Positions 36,457 to 49,605 of a stretch of 64,000 nucleotides of DNA are shown piece after piece. The DNA is from Octopus vulgaris (taxonomy: Eukaryota), in the NCBI GenBank assembly GCA_951406725.2, contig OX597831.1:13578001-13642000 (forward strand). The letters run 5' to 3'. The stretch's first letter is position 1. Each line of letters opens with the position of its first letter. Under the pieces are notes generated by a model. The model had not been told where the DNA came from and ran no database searches. It saw nothing but the letters and a program-made list of their open reading frames with translations. The translations under genes and the position numbers were made by a program.

Positions 36457-37524
36457 TATATATATATATATACATACATACGTATGGATGCACAGAAAAA
36501 AACACAGATTGTAATGATCTTTTGCTTGATAACTGACGAGGAAAGAGCTTGTGTGTATTGTGTGTGAATTTTCTTTTCGTTCATTGTTCTGCTTTTGTTT
36601 GAAGTTTGAAAACTACACACACACACACACATACACATAGACACACACACACATACACATACGCGCAAACCATCTTTTCTGGTTTTATAGAAACCAAAGT
36701 TATTTCATTATTAGAGAGAAGCATCTAGCATGCATCGTCATTTTACTTAGGTTGCTCATAATATTACATAATATTTAATTGTACGCTTCACTGATTTTTA
36801 TGTATATATTTGTGTGTTGTGTATTTTGTGTTTTGTACAGTCTCTGAAAGATATCAAGAAACTAAAATTATATGTTAGAGCATCGTTTAGAGCATGTAGT
36901 TATTTCTTAAATAATTCCTCTATCGTTTTAGAAACAGCCGTTTTAATAATGGTTTGTTTTTTCCCACAACAATTTTAACTGTATCATTTCATGTAGATTT
37001 TCTTTTACATAGGATCTATTAAATGTATTTTAATAATCATCATTAAATAGGCAACTTTTTTTTCACATATTTTTAACGTCATCGGCATCAAATATACTAG
37101 CGAATTAGTGAAGATGTGTACAACGCTGTGTGGTGTGTGTGTGTGTATGTGTGTCTTCGCAATGTGTTTGCATGCAGCTTTCTATGTTAGTAACATGAGG
37201 CTGAACTCCGTATTTACATTTCATCATGTGCGTGTCTTTCTAAATCAAGGAACTCAATCTCAGAAATAGAACAGAAACACGCAGCAAGGTTAATCTGACG
37301 TAATATCTTAATATGTTAGCATGTAATTCTAGTCACTGAGCAATGCTTACGTTCTATCGCTCAGCGTAATTAAAAAGCAAAGCACACACACACACATACA
37401 CACGTATGTGTGCAAATGTATAAATATCTATGTATGCATATATCTAAATATGTATATGTATATTTGTATGTATATATGTATGTTTATGTATATTTATATA
37501 TATATATATAGTATATATATATAA

Positions 37525-37568
<44 letters not shown>

Positions 37569-37569
37569 G

Positions 37570-37631
<62 letters not shown>

Positions 37632-37798
37632 GTATATATATATACATATATAATTCATAAATGAGGGCAAAGGAAAAATATTCTAATGCCAAATATGCCG
37701 AAAAATTGGACATATTGTCCATTAACCATATAATTTTTTCACAATACGCACGCTACTCGAAAAAAGGTCGACAGAAATTTCTAAAAAATTCCATTATT

Positions 37799-37854
37799 AC
37801 CATATCGGACCGATTTCAGAGTTAGCTACTAAGAGCCCTCTCTTCGTCAGTGAT
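37799..37854 (-). ncRNA. Minimal type I hammerhead ribozyme
   Basis: Minus strand: auca-CUGACGA-agagagggcu-cuuagu-agcuaacucu-GAAA-ucg-guc-cga-UA^uggu. All core nucleotides present and stems I-III pair. Confidence 0.8.
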
Positions 37855-37930
37855 ACATGTGGCAAAAGAAATAAATGAGATACTTCCATGGGTATGAGTA
37901 AGTATCTCATTTATTTCTTCTGCCACATAT

Positions 37931-37984
37931 ATCACTGACGAAGAGGGGCTCTTAGTAGCTAACCTGAAATCGGTCCGATATGGT
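37931..37984 (+). ncRNA. Minimal type I hammerhead ribozyme (stem II carries two 1-nt deletions relative to the sister arm)
   Basis: atca-CTGACGA(37935)-agaggggctcttagtagctaacct-GAAA(37966)-tcggtccga-TA^tggt. Confidence 0.7.
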
Positions 37985-38200
37985 AATAATGGAATTTTTA
38001 GAAATTTCTGTCGACCTTTTTTCGAGTAGCGTGCGTATTGTGAAAAAATTATATGGTTAATGGAAAATATGTCAATTTTTCGGCATTTATGAATTGTTTA
38101 TAAATTTAACCGTTAAAGGTATTTTTTTTATATGCTGGCCATTAATAAAATTTTTTTCGAGAAAATATTTTTTTTCGAAAAGAATTTTATCCTCACATTT

Positions 38201-38275
<75 letters not shown>

Positions 38276-38551
38276 ATTTAAGAAAAGGTAGGGTATACAA
38301 TACGACTTGCTAAAACCAGAGCCAATGCTCTAACAAGCCACCATAAAAATTACGATAAGATTACACACGGGCAATGCAATGAACATTTCAAAAATAGGCT
38401 TACCCTTGCTTGGAATACATAGATAAGTAATGCATATTTCAATAGCAATTGATTTCACGCTTTGCTTGACAAACATGCTTTGCAATCTATTGCTAAAGTA
38501 TACACTACGTTAGCACATGAGCGTTCCTAACTTTAAATGTCCCGCTCCGTG

Positions 38552-38583
<32 letters not shown>

Positions 38584-38674
38584 TGTATGTATGTATGTAT
38601 GTATGTATGTATGTATGTATGTATGTATGTATGTATGCAAATAAATAGACAGGGAGATATATATGTATATATAT

Positions 38675-38741
<67 letters not shown>

Positions 38742-40522
38742 TAAGTTAGACACTACATATTGTACACTATTTCTTTAACATAAATACAATCCTGTAAAAC
38801 GCGCTCAGTTGAGGCCAGACAAGATATTTGATGTACATCTTGTGCCACCTACACCTTTATCCCCTTCTCTCTCTCTCTTTCTCTTTCTCTTCATCCCACT
38901 TTCCTCCTTCGTCTGCATTTATTCAACCCTTCTACCACAAACCACCCACCGATTATCATACCCTGGATATTTTAGGATAACAGGCTAATGGGATTGGTGC
39001 ATAATTACTGCGGCTTTTTTCAACGAAAACAACAACGATATTTAACAAAAACAATTTTAAATGACGGCTTGACCGTCTGTCAAGAAAATAGGAACGAGTA
39101 ATTGAAGTAAATGGTGAATATGCCCCGGAATAATCATCTAAAGATGTTTTTGTTACGTGTTGTTCCTGTTTTTGTTGGATAAAATTCATTGAAAAAAGCC
39201 GCAATAATTATGCACCAACCCAATACCTTACTGTTTACACGACAAAAGCAATTGGACTGGATATACCCGTACAACTGAACAGAACCCCTGCAATATTGTG
39301 CCATGTTAAAGGACAACGCTGGTTGGGTTGATGGTGATGCTGCTGCTGATGATGATGATAGTGAATGCATCATGTGTTCTTATGTAGATATAAGATATAA
39401 CCAAGAATCGCGAATGAATCAGTGCTCCCTTCTTGGGCCAATAAACGTAAAGTCTATTTTTTTGCAGAACATGCTAGAAATAGCAGTCAAATCAATGTCC
39501 ATCGTCTTACACTTTATCATCTTAAAAAGAAACCATTAGATCATTCAGTTATAGAAACACAAGAAGGAATGGTGGTAACGGCTAGAACAGATTTGCCCAG
39601 GTTTCTAAAACCCTATGACAAACCCCCACGTCAACAACAACAAACAACCTATGGACAGTAACAATAACAGTGTGAAGGATAATAACACCAAGTATTCTGC
39701 GCATGTTCACCAGATATCATATGGCAGTTGTAAAATAGCAGACAGTTGTAAATGAAATGATATTTCTTAAATCCTATCTAGATCCCCGGTCCGAATATAG
39801 CATAATGAGTTACAAGAGTAGCTATTAAGAATAAAGAAAACATAATTTATGTAACAAATAATTCAATCTCTCCTTCGGGTGAAAAACCCAACAAAAACAA
39901 AAAATAAGACATCTTATGTATTAAACATAATACACACTAACTAGTGGTTTTATGTCCTTTACGAAATCAAAATGGCGGCCAAGACAATTGCCATCAGAAC
40001 AAATACACGTAAACGTAGAAAGGAATTTAATTCAATTCTCTATGTTAGGAGAGAGAGAGAGAGAGAGAATAAATTGGAAGAAAACGAGAATAATCATCTC
40101 AGAAAGATATAGTTGATTGTTTGATAACGTTTCCAACACCAAATTATGGCTGTAACCAGTTCCGATGATCAGCCTAGCGTGAAATTAGCATCGAAAAATT
40201 GAATAAGATATTATACATTCGGGATGTGGAATAGCAAATTACAAACATTCGAAGGAACACTAATCTATTTTCTCATCTAAAAAGAAGTATTGGATAAATT
40301 TAGCCATTTCTGTTGTAGCACACCTCAAACTGGAGAAGAGGTATAGTGAGATGGAAAAGTAAATAAAAAAAGATACCACAAAACGGTTTTACTTCTTCCT
40401 CACTGGAGCCATATATCTGTGAATCAAAAATGGAATTTTTATGCTTGATTTCAATTCAGTAAATATGTGCTGCAAACAAATCATAAAAACGTATCAGATA
40501 ACTGGAAAAGTTTGTGGCAAAA

Positions 40523-40596
<74 letters not shown>

Positions 40597-41083
40597 TATA
40601 CATATGTGTGTGTGTGTACTATGTGTGTGTGCAAGCGCGAGAGTATTTCAAATAAGGTTATATATATTTATATCAGTATGTGAGTGTGTGTTGGTGTGTG
40701 ATGTCTGTGTGAATTTATGGCGGAAAGACGTGTGGCCTTGGTTCATGATCGCAACTTCGTAAATTCAATATCTCGATCCAGTATCGCCTTCTGTTCTTAA
40801 GAAACCCATTCCATTTCAAATGCTTCTTGTGTACTCAGTAGCTAATATGTAGCTCTTAGGTGTTGTTTCAGCGGTTTTTGTTCTCGTGTAGTTGCAGTTT
40901 AAGCTTTCCATTGGAGCAAGCGTGAGGACCGAGAGAGTGTCTGTGTCTGGCCACAATTGCATATGCACCAAACCAATTATGAAAGTCTGTTACATTTTAC
41001 AGATTTTCCAGTGAGCGCTGATTCAGTTTATGTTTATATACATACTCCCACTCTGATATGAATGTCTATATATATATATACAT

Positions 41084-41499
41084 ATAAGAGGAATGACCTG
41101 TACGTATATACATGTATACATGTTCAATCTCATGCGGACGTCTCGTGTATAGTTCTGTAAATTATATTTGCAAAGACGATCACACTGATGAGTTGCGAAC
41201 AAGTACGTAACGAAACCAGGTTTGTGATTAATCTCTATATCTTGTATCTTTTCATTTGTCTTGCTCGCTTACGTTCTGGCGTTTGCTAAATTTCCTTGAG
41301 AGCATTCCTTTCTTAGTGATAAGACTATAGCGGATCTTCTTCTAGCATAATGGATGTCTACGTACAGGTCAACCCTCTTATGTGTATGTAATATAACTTT
41401 TTCTGAAACTTCAAATTTTTCAATATGTTAGACCACTGGCTTTAAAATTGATATTAATCAAATTTATATTCAATTTTTCACCCTTATTATTTTTAATTC
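41084..41499 (+). mobile_element. Penelope-pLTR-like element with a short inverted 5' piece, flanked by (TA)n
   Basis: taagagg..tgacctgtacgta (41084-41106) is inverted at 41359-41380. Contains an intact hammerhead. Confidence 0.7.
41178..41229 (+). ncRNA. Minimal type I hammerhead ribozyme
   Basis: gatcaca-CTGATGA-gttgcg-aacaagta-cgtaac-GAAA-cc-a-gg-TT^tgtgatt: 7-bp stem I, 6-bp stem II, minimal stem III. Predicted cleavage after 41222. Confidence 0.85.
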
Positions 41500-42875
41500 A
41501 TATATATATATATATATATATATACAGTATATATATATATATATAGTAGAGATAGAAATATAACAGAATATGCTTAATAGTAGAAAGCAGCCTGGTTTAG
41601 GTTTTTTTTTTAGATGTAGACGAGTCGTGAATGCGCTGACATCTTTATCAAATGCATTCCATCTTTGATCATTTCGTCTCATAATTTAATGAATGTACTT
41701 AAGACGATACTATCTGTCGTGTCCCTATCGTAATTCCCATGTAGAAAAGATTTCTATGGTATCTTTTGGGGCGGTTTAAATTTAGATCATGCATGGAGGG
41801 TAAAAGTGGATTCGTATTTCCATGTACATTTCTGTTGGGTCTTATTGTTTCCAAAGGACTTTGGAATGTTGACTTCATATTGGTAGCTCAGCTGAAAGGA
41901 TCTTATCGTCATTTTCTTTTATCTTCACGTTGCCTCAGATCAGTGAGTGACGTTAGGAATTATTTTCTTCTTGTAAAAGGCAGTAATAATTCTTCCAAAT
42001 TTTCCCCCACTCAATGTTTCTCGATCTTGCTTTGGCATTTTCCTGTTGAAAAAGTTCATCTGAAATTATAGTTCACTTTGAGTTACAAATTTGTGTAATG
42101 AAGATATTCAGAAGATAGTCAAAGTTTCTAGTAAAATCCTCTGTTTCTCCACCTGGTGCTTACAGTCATGTGTCCCCCTCGTGCGAAGCTTGATAGTTGT
42201 ATGATTGGCTGGGCAATATTTCTTGCCTACCGTTAGAATTCATGGCATTTCCAAACTGGATTGCAGATCACTTACCTGGATTTGTCTTTATTTCTTCGAA
42301 TAATTTCCAACATTTAGTTTTCTATTTTGGCAGATATGTCCACTATATTCCATCGTATTACTTCTTTGAATGGTAAATCTTGGATATATTGAATACGGAC
42401 CACAAAAGGATAAGAGTAGAAGTCATTGAAACTCTCTTGTCGACCGGTTACATGTTCTCTATTTTGACTGATCTGCCGTTGCTGATAGAATCCGACTTTA
42501 TTCCAGAAGATAACAAGGTATTGGCGTGTGTTGCGAAGCTTCTAAGTGCTTGTGTATGCTTGTGTGGATGTGTGTGGCTGTGCTTGGGTGACTGGTTCTT
42601 TGATTCTTTTATAAATACACATCATTGCAGCACCATCCCTGGCATTGGCAACATTTTCGAAAAGCCGACTCAATACGATTTTTTTCCACATGCTATTTAG
42701 AAACAAATCCGTTTATTAATACGTGAACCTGCAATCGTAGATTTCACAAATCTTTGTCGCAGTCATGCTTTAAATGATTAACACACACAAATAAAAAACA
42801 AACGCACAAACACACATACGCACATGCGCGCGCGCAACACAGACATATACATGCATCCATAAACATATACACACG

Positions 42876-42934
<59 letters not shown>

Positions 42935-42937
42935 AAG

Positions 42938-42993
<56 letters not shown>

Positions 42994-43006
42994 AATTTAT
43001 ATCCGG

Positions 43007-43052
<46 letters not shown>

Positions 43053-43120
43053 ATGTGTATAAGTATGTATATATATATATTCAATATTTTATATCCGGAT
43101 ATATATATATATATATATAT

Positions 43121-44480
43121 TAGGGTGATACAATAAAGGGGGCAATTTTTCTTTTGTTTCAATTTTCAGGGAGACACCCTCCTATTTTATTCATATTCCT
43201 AAGAAAGCTTTGTATGCGAACTTTGGGGTTGAAAAAGAGAAAATTTCAGAGGTTGTTGCTAAGCTTTAAAAATAAATGTATTTCAGTTTTAGTTCAAAAA
43301 TTTTTTGTTGATTTTTTCGCTGGAACGACTTTGATATGTACCTAGTTTAAAAAAAAGAACGATGGTATTCTAGGCTATAGTACGTAGTGACTTACAGCGT
43401 ATATCGCGTTAACTCCTTTTTATGTGGAAGTTACCCCAGTCGGTACATCATAACCACTTATGTAAGTTGTTTTGTTCTTTGTGAAGCAAGAGTAATGTTC
43501 TCTTGTTTTTCTTTGAGAGTGACAATCAGTAACTTTTAACAATTCGAAGAAGGTATTGTTCCTGCTCTTCATCATTGGATATCAGTTTGTTGTATTCCTC
43601 CATCAGTCGGGCGTCTCCTTCCGCAATGTCGTTTACCACTTTGAGTCGATATGCGATACCTCTTGCACTCGCATAACATTCATCATCATTCCATTCTTCT
43701 GTATTTTTTCTAAAAAGAGAGTGCAAGGCACCTCCAGGATTTCAAAGAATCTGTTTGTGCTGGCAGTAATGAAATCCTGCATCTGTTTCTGCTGATCCAG
43801 GATTTATTGATATTGATGCTTGTTTGCTTGGTTTTGAGTCAACGGGTTTCTGCATCGCATCCTTCATTTTGTTTTTTGTTTCATGCAAAACAGCTGAATC
43901 AAAAACTGCAAGCGCCACAAGTTCCTCAGAGATGTACCACAAATATCTCAATAACTTATCAAGTGCAGCACTTGCAATTTTGTCATCCTTTTGTATGCAG
44001 AGCTGCAGACTGTGCACCTTATGCAAATCTGAACTGGGGGCGCATGAGGGTATGGGTGCCAGGTATCACGATCTGATGTATGTCGCAGCTGAAAAGCAGC
44101 AAATATCTTTCAGTCCATTTTCCTCTCTCTCTCTCAGTTAGTTTAAACTGAGATTTAAACATTCAAGTTTTAATGCAGTAAATTAGCTTGGCCATCCATC
44201 ATGTTCTGTCATGACCACCCGGTGCTTTAAAGCTGATTCCTGACTTTGGGTTGCTACTGAGAATAATGAGCGTTAGCTCGAGCAATTCCTTAAGATCACC
44301 ATGAATCTGCTGTTCATTAAGCAGAGCTTGAGCAAATTGAATCATTTCTTCAGCATCTGGAATTTTTCTGCAATGTTAGGGCCATCTGTTGATGTTTCGT
44401 AATTGTTTTTGTCAGTTTCCACTCGCTTTGCTTTGAATCCCTTAAACAGTTGCATGTCAGGGCCAATAGAAGGCAAAGAT
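43121..44480 (-). mobile_element. 3' part of a hAT-superfamily (hATm-like) DNA transposon with a decayed transposase
   Basis: Minus strand SIGPDMQLFKGF..KELLELTLIIL..FKAPGGHDRT*WMAKLIY..FKSQFKLT..YLWYISEELVALAVFD..LKVVNDIAE..EEYNKLISNDEEQEQYLL. Candidate terminus TAGGGTG at 43121. Subgroup assignment is from memory. Confidence 0.75.
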
Positions 44481-44688
44481 TATGGCAACATTTACCAACT
44501 TAAACAAAGAGACAGTCAAGACAACATCCCGAAGTTGTCTTGAGGCTGTGGTTCAAGAATATGCCGTTGATGTTCAATAAATTTACTCGTTAATATTTCA
44601 AGATATTTTTATGTAATTTTGGTTAATATATCTGCTAAAATGCTATGTCAGTGTTATTTTCATTTTTGCGTAATTTAGACCAGAGTTG

Positions 44689-44764
<76 letters not shown>

Positions 44765-45505
44765 ACACATATACTTATATATGCGTGTGTGTATCATATA
44801 TCACACATCATACATACGCATGCGTTTGTAAATCAATTTCCGTATGTGTAATTAAGAGGTAAACCATTTAACCTTACAAATGCAAATATATTGCTGTTTG
44901 GTTGGGAATAATTTTGCAATAAATATTCTCGACCTCATATTTTGCACTCAGCTTATCCAAACATTATTCTTGCTGCCAACAAATATTCTCCATTAGTATA
45001 CGTATTTATTTCGAATAAATGGCAAACTGTCCCATAAAAATCTGGACGTCCTTGCATACACATTTCTTTGCTGTGGTTTGCTATACTGAATATATTAACT
45101 AATATACGATAATAATACTCTATACTGTACACATAATGTATTCCACTCGTTCAGAAGAATGTTGCTTTAAGTATTCCAATGAAAATATTGTAATTTTTTC
45201 ACATTTTCATATACGTTTACGTGTATGTGTATGCGTGTGTATCAAGATTATAAAATAGTACATACATAAGCATCCACTATGCGTGGGTAATTCGCTGAAA
45301 TATATATTTAAGTCACAAACGGGTGCTTCTTTCTGGGATCTCGTACTTTCTTATCTCTCTTCCTCCATTCTTTCTAAACTGTTTCTGTGCATCGGTCCAA
45401 GGTGTGTTTGTTGATAGATTCAACAACACGCGGCGCTGCGGCGCTCAATATATCCAGAAATTATTTTTATTTAATAATAATAATAATTATTATTATTATT
45501 GTTAT

Positions 45506-46128
<623 letters not shown>

Positions 46129-46959
46129 ATATATATATATATATATATATAATCCGTTTATCTGTCCTTGTTTGTCCTCTCTGTGTTTAGCCTCTTGTGG
46201 TAGTAATAATATATATATATATTAGATTAGTTAATTTAAGGTCTCGATTTACGTTGTGCTGAAGTGTTCGGAAAGAGAGCGAAATATTGTTCTCCATAGA
46301 CACCAGATACTTTAAAGATTTTTATCTCATAAAAAAAAACAAAGAATTATATGGACATATATGTATGGTCTTTTCACTCTTCGATAATGGCTCCTCGACA
46401 TAAGAATAAACTTAGACGCGCTTCCCTCCTCTTACGTAGCAATTCCTAATAATTCCACGTCGTATATCAGAACAGACTGACATGAAATATAAACGGGACT
46501 ACTAAAATGAAAGTAATTGCTATTTTTTCAAATCCCTTCATCAGATAAATGAAACAAACGACAGTAGTTTTAATTACAATAGTGACTTCTTATGACTATT
46601 TTCCGGAGTGTGGCTTACAATATAGGAATTCAATGATTGTGCTCTGATGACATACTGATCGAACATAAAGAGGCAGCGTCACTCAGAGGGGCTTCTTCAC
46701 CATTTCCTTTTTCCAAACTGCACACAATCACTGCTGCTCCCACATTTTAACAGTGTAATTATTTCCATGAGACAAAGCAATCAATGGATACGAAGAGCAA
46801 TTACAAATTACTATATTACAGAAGCATCGAGCTGGCAGAATCTTTAGCTAATCGAACCATACACTTTGCAGAATTTCTTGCGGCTCTTTATGATTCTACG
46901 TTCAATACCCGATGTAAGCGACTTTGCTAGTTATCTTTTATAGGTTGATAAAATAAATA

Positions 46960-47346
46960 CTCTGTTGTGTCTGGGGAGAGTCATTCTCTTTTGGTGCCTT
47001 ATTATTTAACACACTCACCGGTAAAATTTCCACTTATTTCTTATTTTTATTTTCTAAAATTTTCGTTGCGTCTTGCAACCTTTTCAATAGTCTTGACTCT
47101 GTCCATTGACCCGCACACATGTGCACAAACAAACAAAGTGTAAATAACGGACAGAGTCAAGACTATTGAAAATGTTGCAAGACGCAACGAAAATTTTAGA
47201 AAATAAAAATAATAAGTGGAAATTTTACCTGTGAGTGTGTTAAATAATAAGGTACTAAAAGAGAGTGATTCTCCCCAGACACAACAGAATATACTTCAAC
47301 ACACGAACTCATATAAAGAATCTTGCAAACCAAATCCAAGAACGAA
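46960..47346 (+). mobile_element. Asymmetric foldback inserted into an old family-A SINE, with a 12-bp target duplication
   Basis: Arms 46961-47104 and 47149-47288, tail to 47346. ataaaataaata occurs at 46948-46959 and 47347-47358. SINE-like sequence continues on both sides. Confidence 0.8.
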
Positions 47347-47534
47347 ATAAAATAAATAATATTTCATCACCTGTGTTGATGAAATTAATTTATGCCGTCC
47401 TCTAAAATCGCTGGCGCTGTGCCATAATGTGAATCTAACTATTGTTAGATTATCTGAGATGTATTATTTTCGATAACTAGTCTATTGTGTAGTAATAAAT
47501 CACTTGTGTGTACATACATTTCTGTGCAGATTCT

Positions 47535-47954
47535 TATGGCTTTATTGCCCAGAAAGGGCTAAACATGGAGGGGACAAAGAAGGACAGGACAGACAAAGGG
47601 ATTAAGTCGATTGCATCGACCCCAGTGCGTAACTGGTACTTAATTTATCGACCACGAAAGAATGAAAGGCAAAGTTGACCTCGGTGGAATTTGAACTCAG
47701 AACGTAACGGCAGACGAAATACCTATTTCTTTACTACCCACAAGAGGCTAAACACAGAGAGGACAAACAAGGACAGACAAACGGATTAAGTCGATTATAT
47801 CGACCCCAGTGCATAACTGGTACTTATTTAATCGACCCCGGAAGAATGAAAGGCAAAGTCGACCTCGGCGGAATTTGAACTCAGAACGTAACGGCAGACG
47901 AAATACCGCTAAGCATTTCGCCCGGCATGCTAACGTTTCTAGTAGGTCGTCGCC
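47535..47954 (-). mobile_element. Family-A SINE partial dimer enclosed by one 15-bp TSD
   Basis: Full unit at about 47722-47954 plus a 5'-truncated unit at 47535-47721. TTCTGTGCAGATTCT occurs at 47520-47534 and 47955-47969. Confidence 0.9.
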
Positions 47955-48559
47955 TTCTGTGCAGATTCTAAAAAGGAAAGTCGCTGCACAAGGTTAGAAG
48001 GTATAGTAGTAAGAAATTTTGTTTGACACTTCGTTGTGGTACGATGCCATTACCTAAGGGTATCAAAGCCGAGACTACGTAGTTGTGAAGTGTAGCAATT
48101 AACCGTCTCGCTAACTTAGAATATAAACACATAAAACTACTTAATAGTTTAATCTATACCCTTTTTTGCTTGAATATCAATCTGTCCACACCACCATGCC
48201 TGCATCTGCGCTGCCATTTCTTTTGCCATATTCCAAATGTTTTTGTTATGTCGCAAATCATTTGTGGAATAAAGCACATCAGCTTTGTATTATCCATTCA
48301 TTGTTTGCCATCTCCAGTATCCAATTTGCTGTGTCTTGATATTGTGTGGAATACTAAAATGCCGATATTTTAAAATGATAACAAGAGAAGATGCTGACTA
48401 ACTATCGTCGTACAATAACGCCAACAGTTTTTATTTAATAAGAACAATTAAAATTAATTCGATTTACACTAAAGTAATTCTAATTAATTAGATAGAAGAC
48501 TGCTTAAATTTCATATTTATTAAAAAAATGTTTTCAAATTTAAATACTTAAGTAATGTA

Positions 48560-48772
48560 TTGGTTTCGTATTTCGGCAAAAGTTCATAAATTTCGGTGGA
48601 GATATTTGGGTAAGGCGATTTCATCGACCTCAATGCTCAACTGGTACTTGTTTTATAGAGCCAGAAAGGATGAAAGGCAAAGTGGAGCTCGGCGAAGTCA
48701 GAACGTAAAGATAGATGACATGCCGCTAAGCTTTCTGCCCGGCCTGCTAACGATTCTTCTAGCTCGCCGCCC
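48560..48772 (-). mobile_element. Family-A SINE
   Basis: catcgacctcaatgctcaactggtac..aaggatgaaaggcaaagt..gctaacgattct..gctcgccgcc. Confidence 0.75.
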
Positions 48773-49454
48773 TACACACTGCAGTAATATATTGGTCCAT
48801 GCAAACATTTTCACGGCTAGCATTGTTCTCATCACGTCGGGGTCACCAACTTTTAGCCGTAAATATAAATTGCGGTTTAAGGTCTGATATATTATGTCCC
48901 CTGTTAAATGACCTCAGAATAGATATCAATAAACAGATTCAAAGACAATTTGCAATTGACTGCACGGAAATATTCATTACTATTGCTAAAATTAAATACA
49001 GCAAACTGGCAGGGCATTAATAATTGTCAATACATTGTATGGTTTCAAACGCTCAAAAAATGAAGATAAAATGTCAGCAAAACCTAAAACATAACATTAC
49101 ACAAATTCTGGCTACAATTCTATTTAAATGTTAGTAAAACGCTACGCATGACGAACAGAATTCTGGTTTGAATTCTGTTCAATGTAAAAACTGCAAAGTG
49201 AAATCAAACTGCTCTCACATCAAAGATCACAGGTCGCTCGTAGCAAATCTCACCAACCGCGGAACTTAGCTGAGCAAGACATCCCATTTTATAGCTGATG
49301 CACAGACGGTAGGTTAATCCATTACGTTAAGGGTTGGATGGTCAGAGTAAATCTAAATGGACCTGACCATCACGTGGTAAAACAAAATGAGTAGTAAAAG
49401 TAAAACGCCACAATGTGAGCAGCCAAAGTTCAAGAGTGATCATGCTTCCGCTAC

Positions 49455-49605
49455 AGTTCTAAACTTTGGCACAAAGCCAGCAATTTCGGAGACAGGAAAG
49501 TTGATTACGTCGACCTCAGAACTCAACTGATACTGTTTTTATCGACCCCGTCAAGAGGAAAGGCAAAGACAACCGCACCGAAATTTGATCTCAGAACGTA
49601 AACTG
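49455..49605 (-). mobile_element. Family-A SINE fragment
   Basis: gtcgacctcagaactcaactgatac..atcgacccc..aaggcaaag..tttgatctcagaacgtaa. Confidence 0.7.

Larger units (their letters stand above)
37652..38202 (+). mobile_element. Asymmetric foldback (Penelope-pLTR-like) inside (TA)n, with a hammerhead in each arm
   Basis: Arms of about 190 bp at 37695-37885 and 37900-38086, 14-bp spacer, right-hand tail. Confidence 0.85.

Noticed and set aside
41600-42520. Coding-like minus-strand stretch, perhaps an old LINE endonuclease; similar hints at 489-788 and 62320-62480
   Set aside because: Too decayed to assign motifs by eye.
42927-43120. Short tandem duplication around tcaata..ttatatccggat
   Set aside because: Ordinary slippage within (TA)n.
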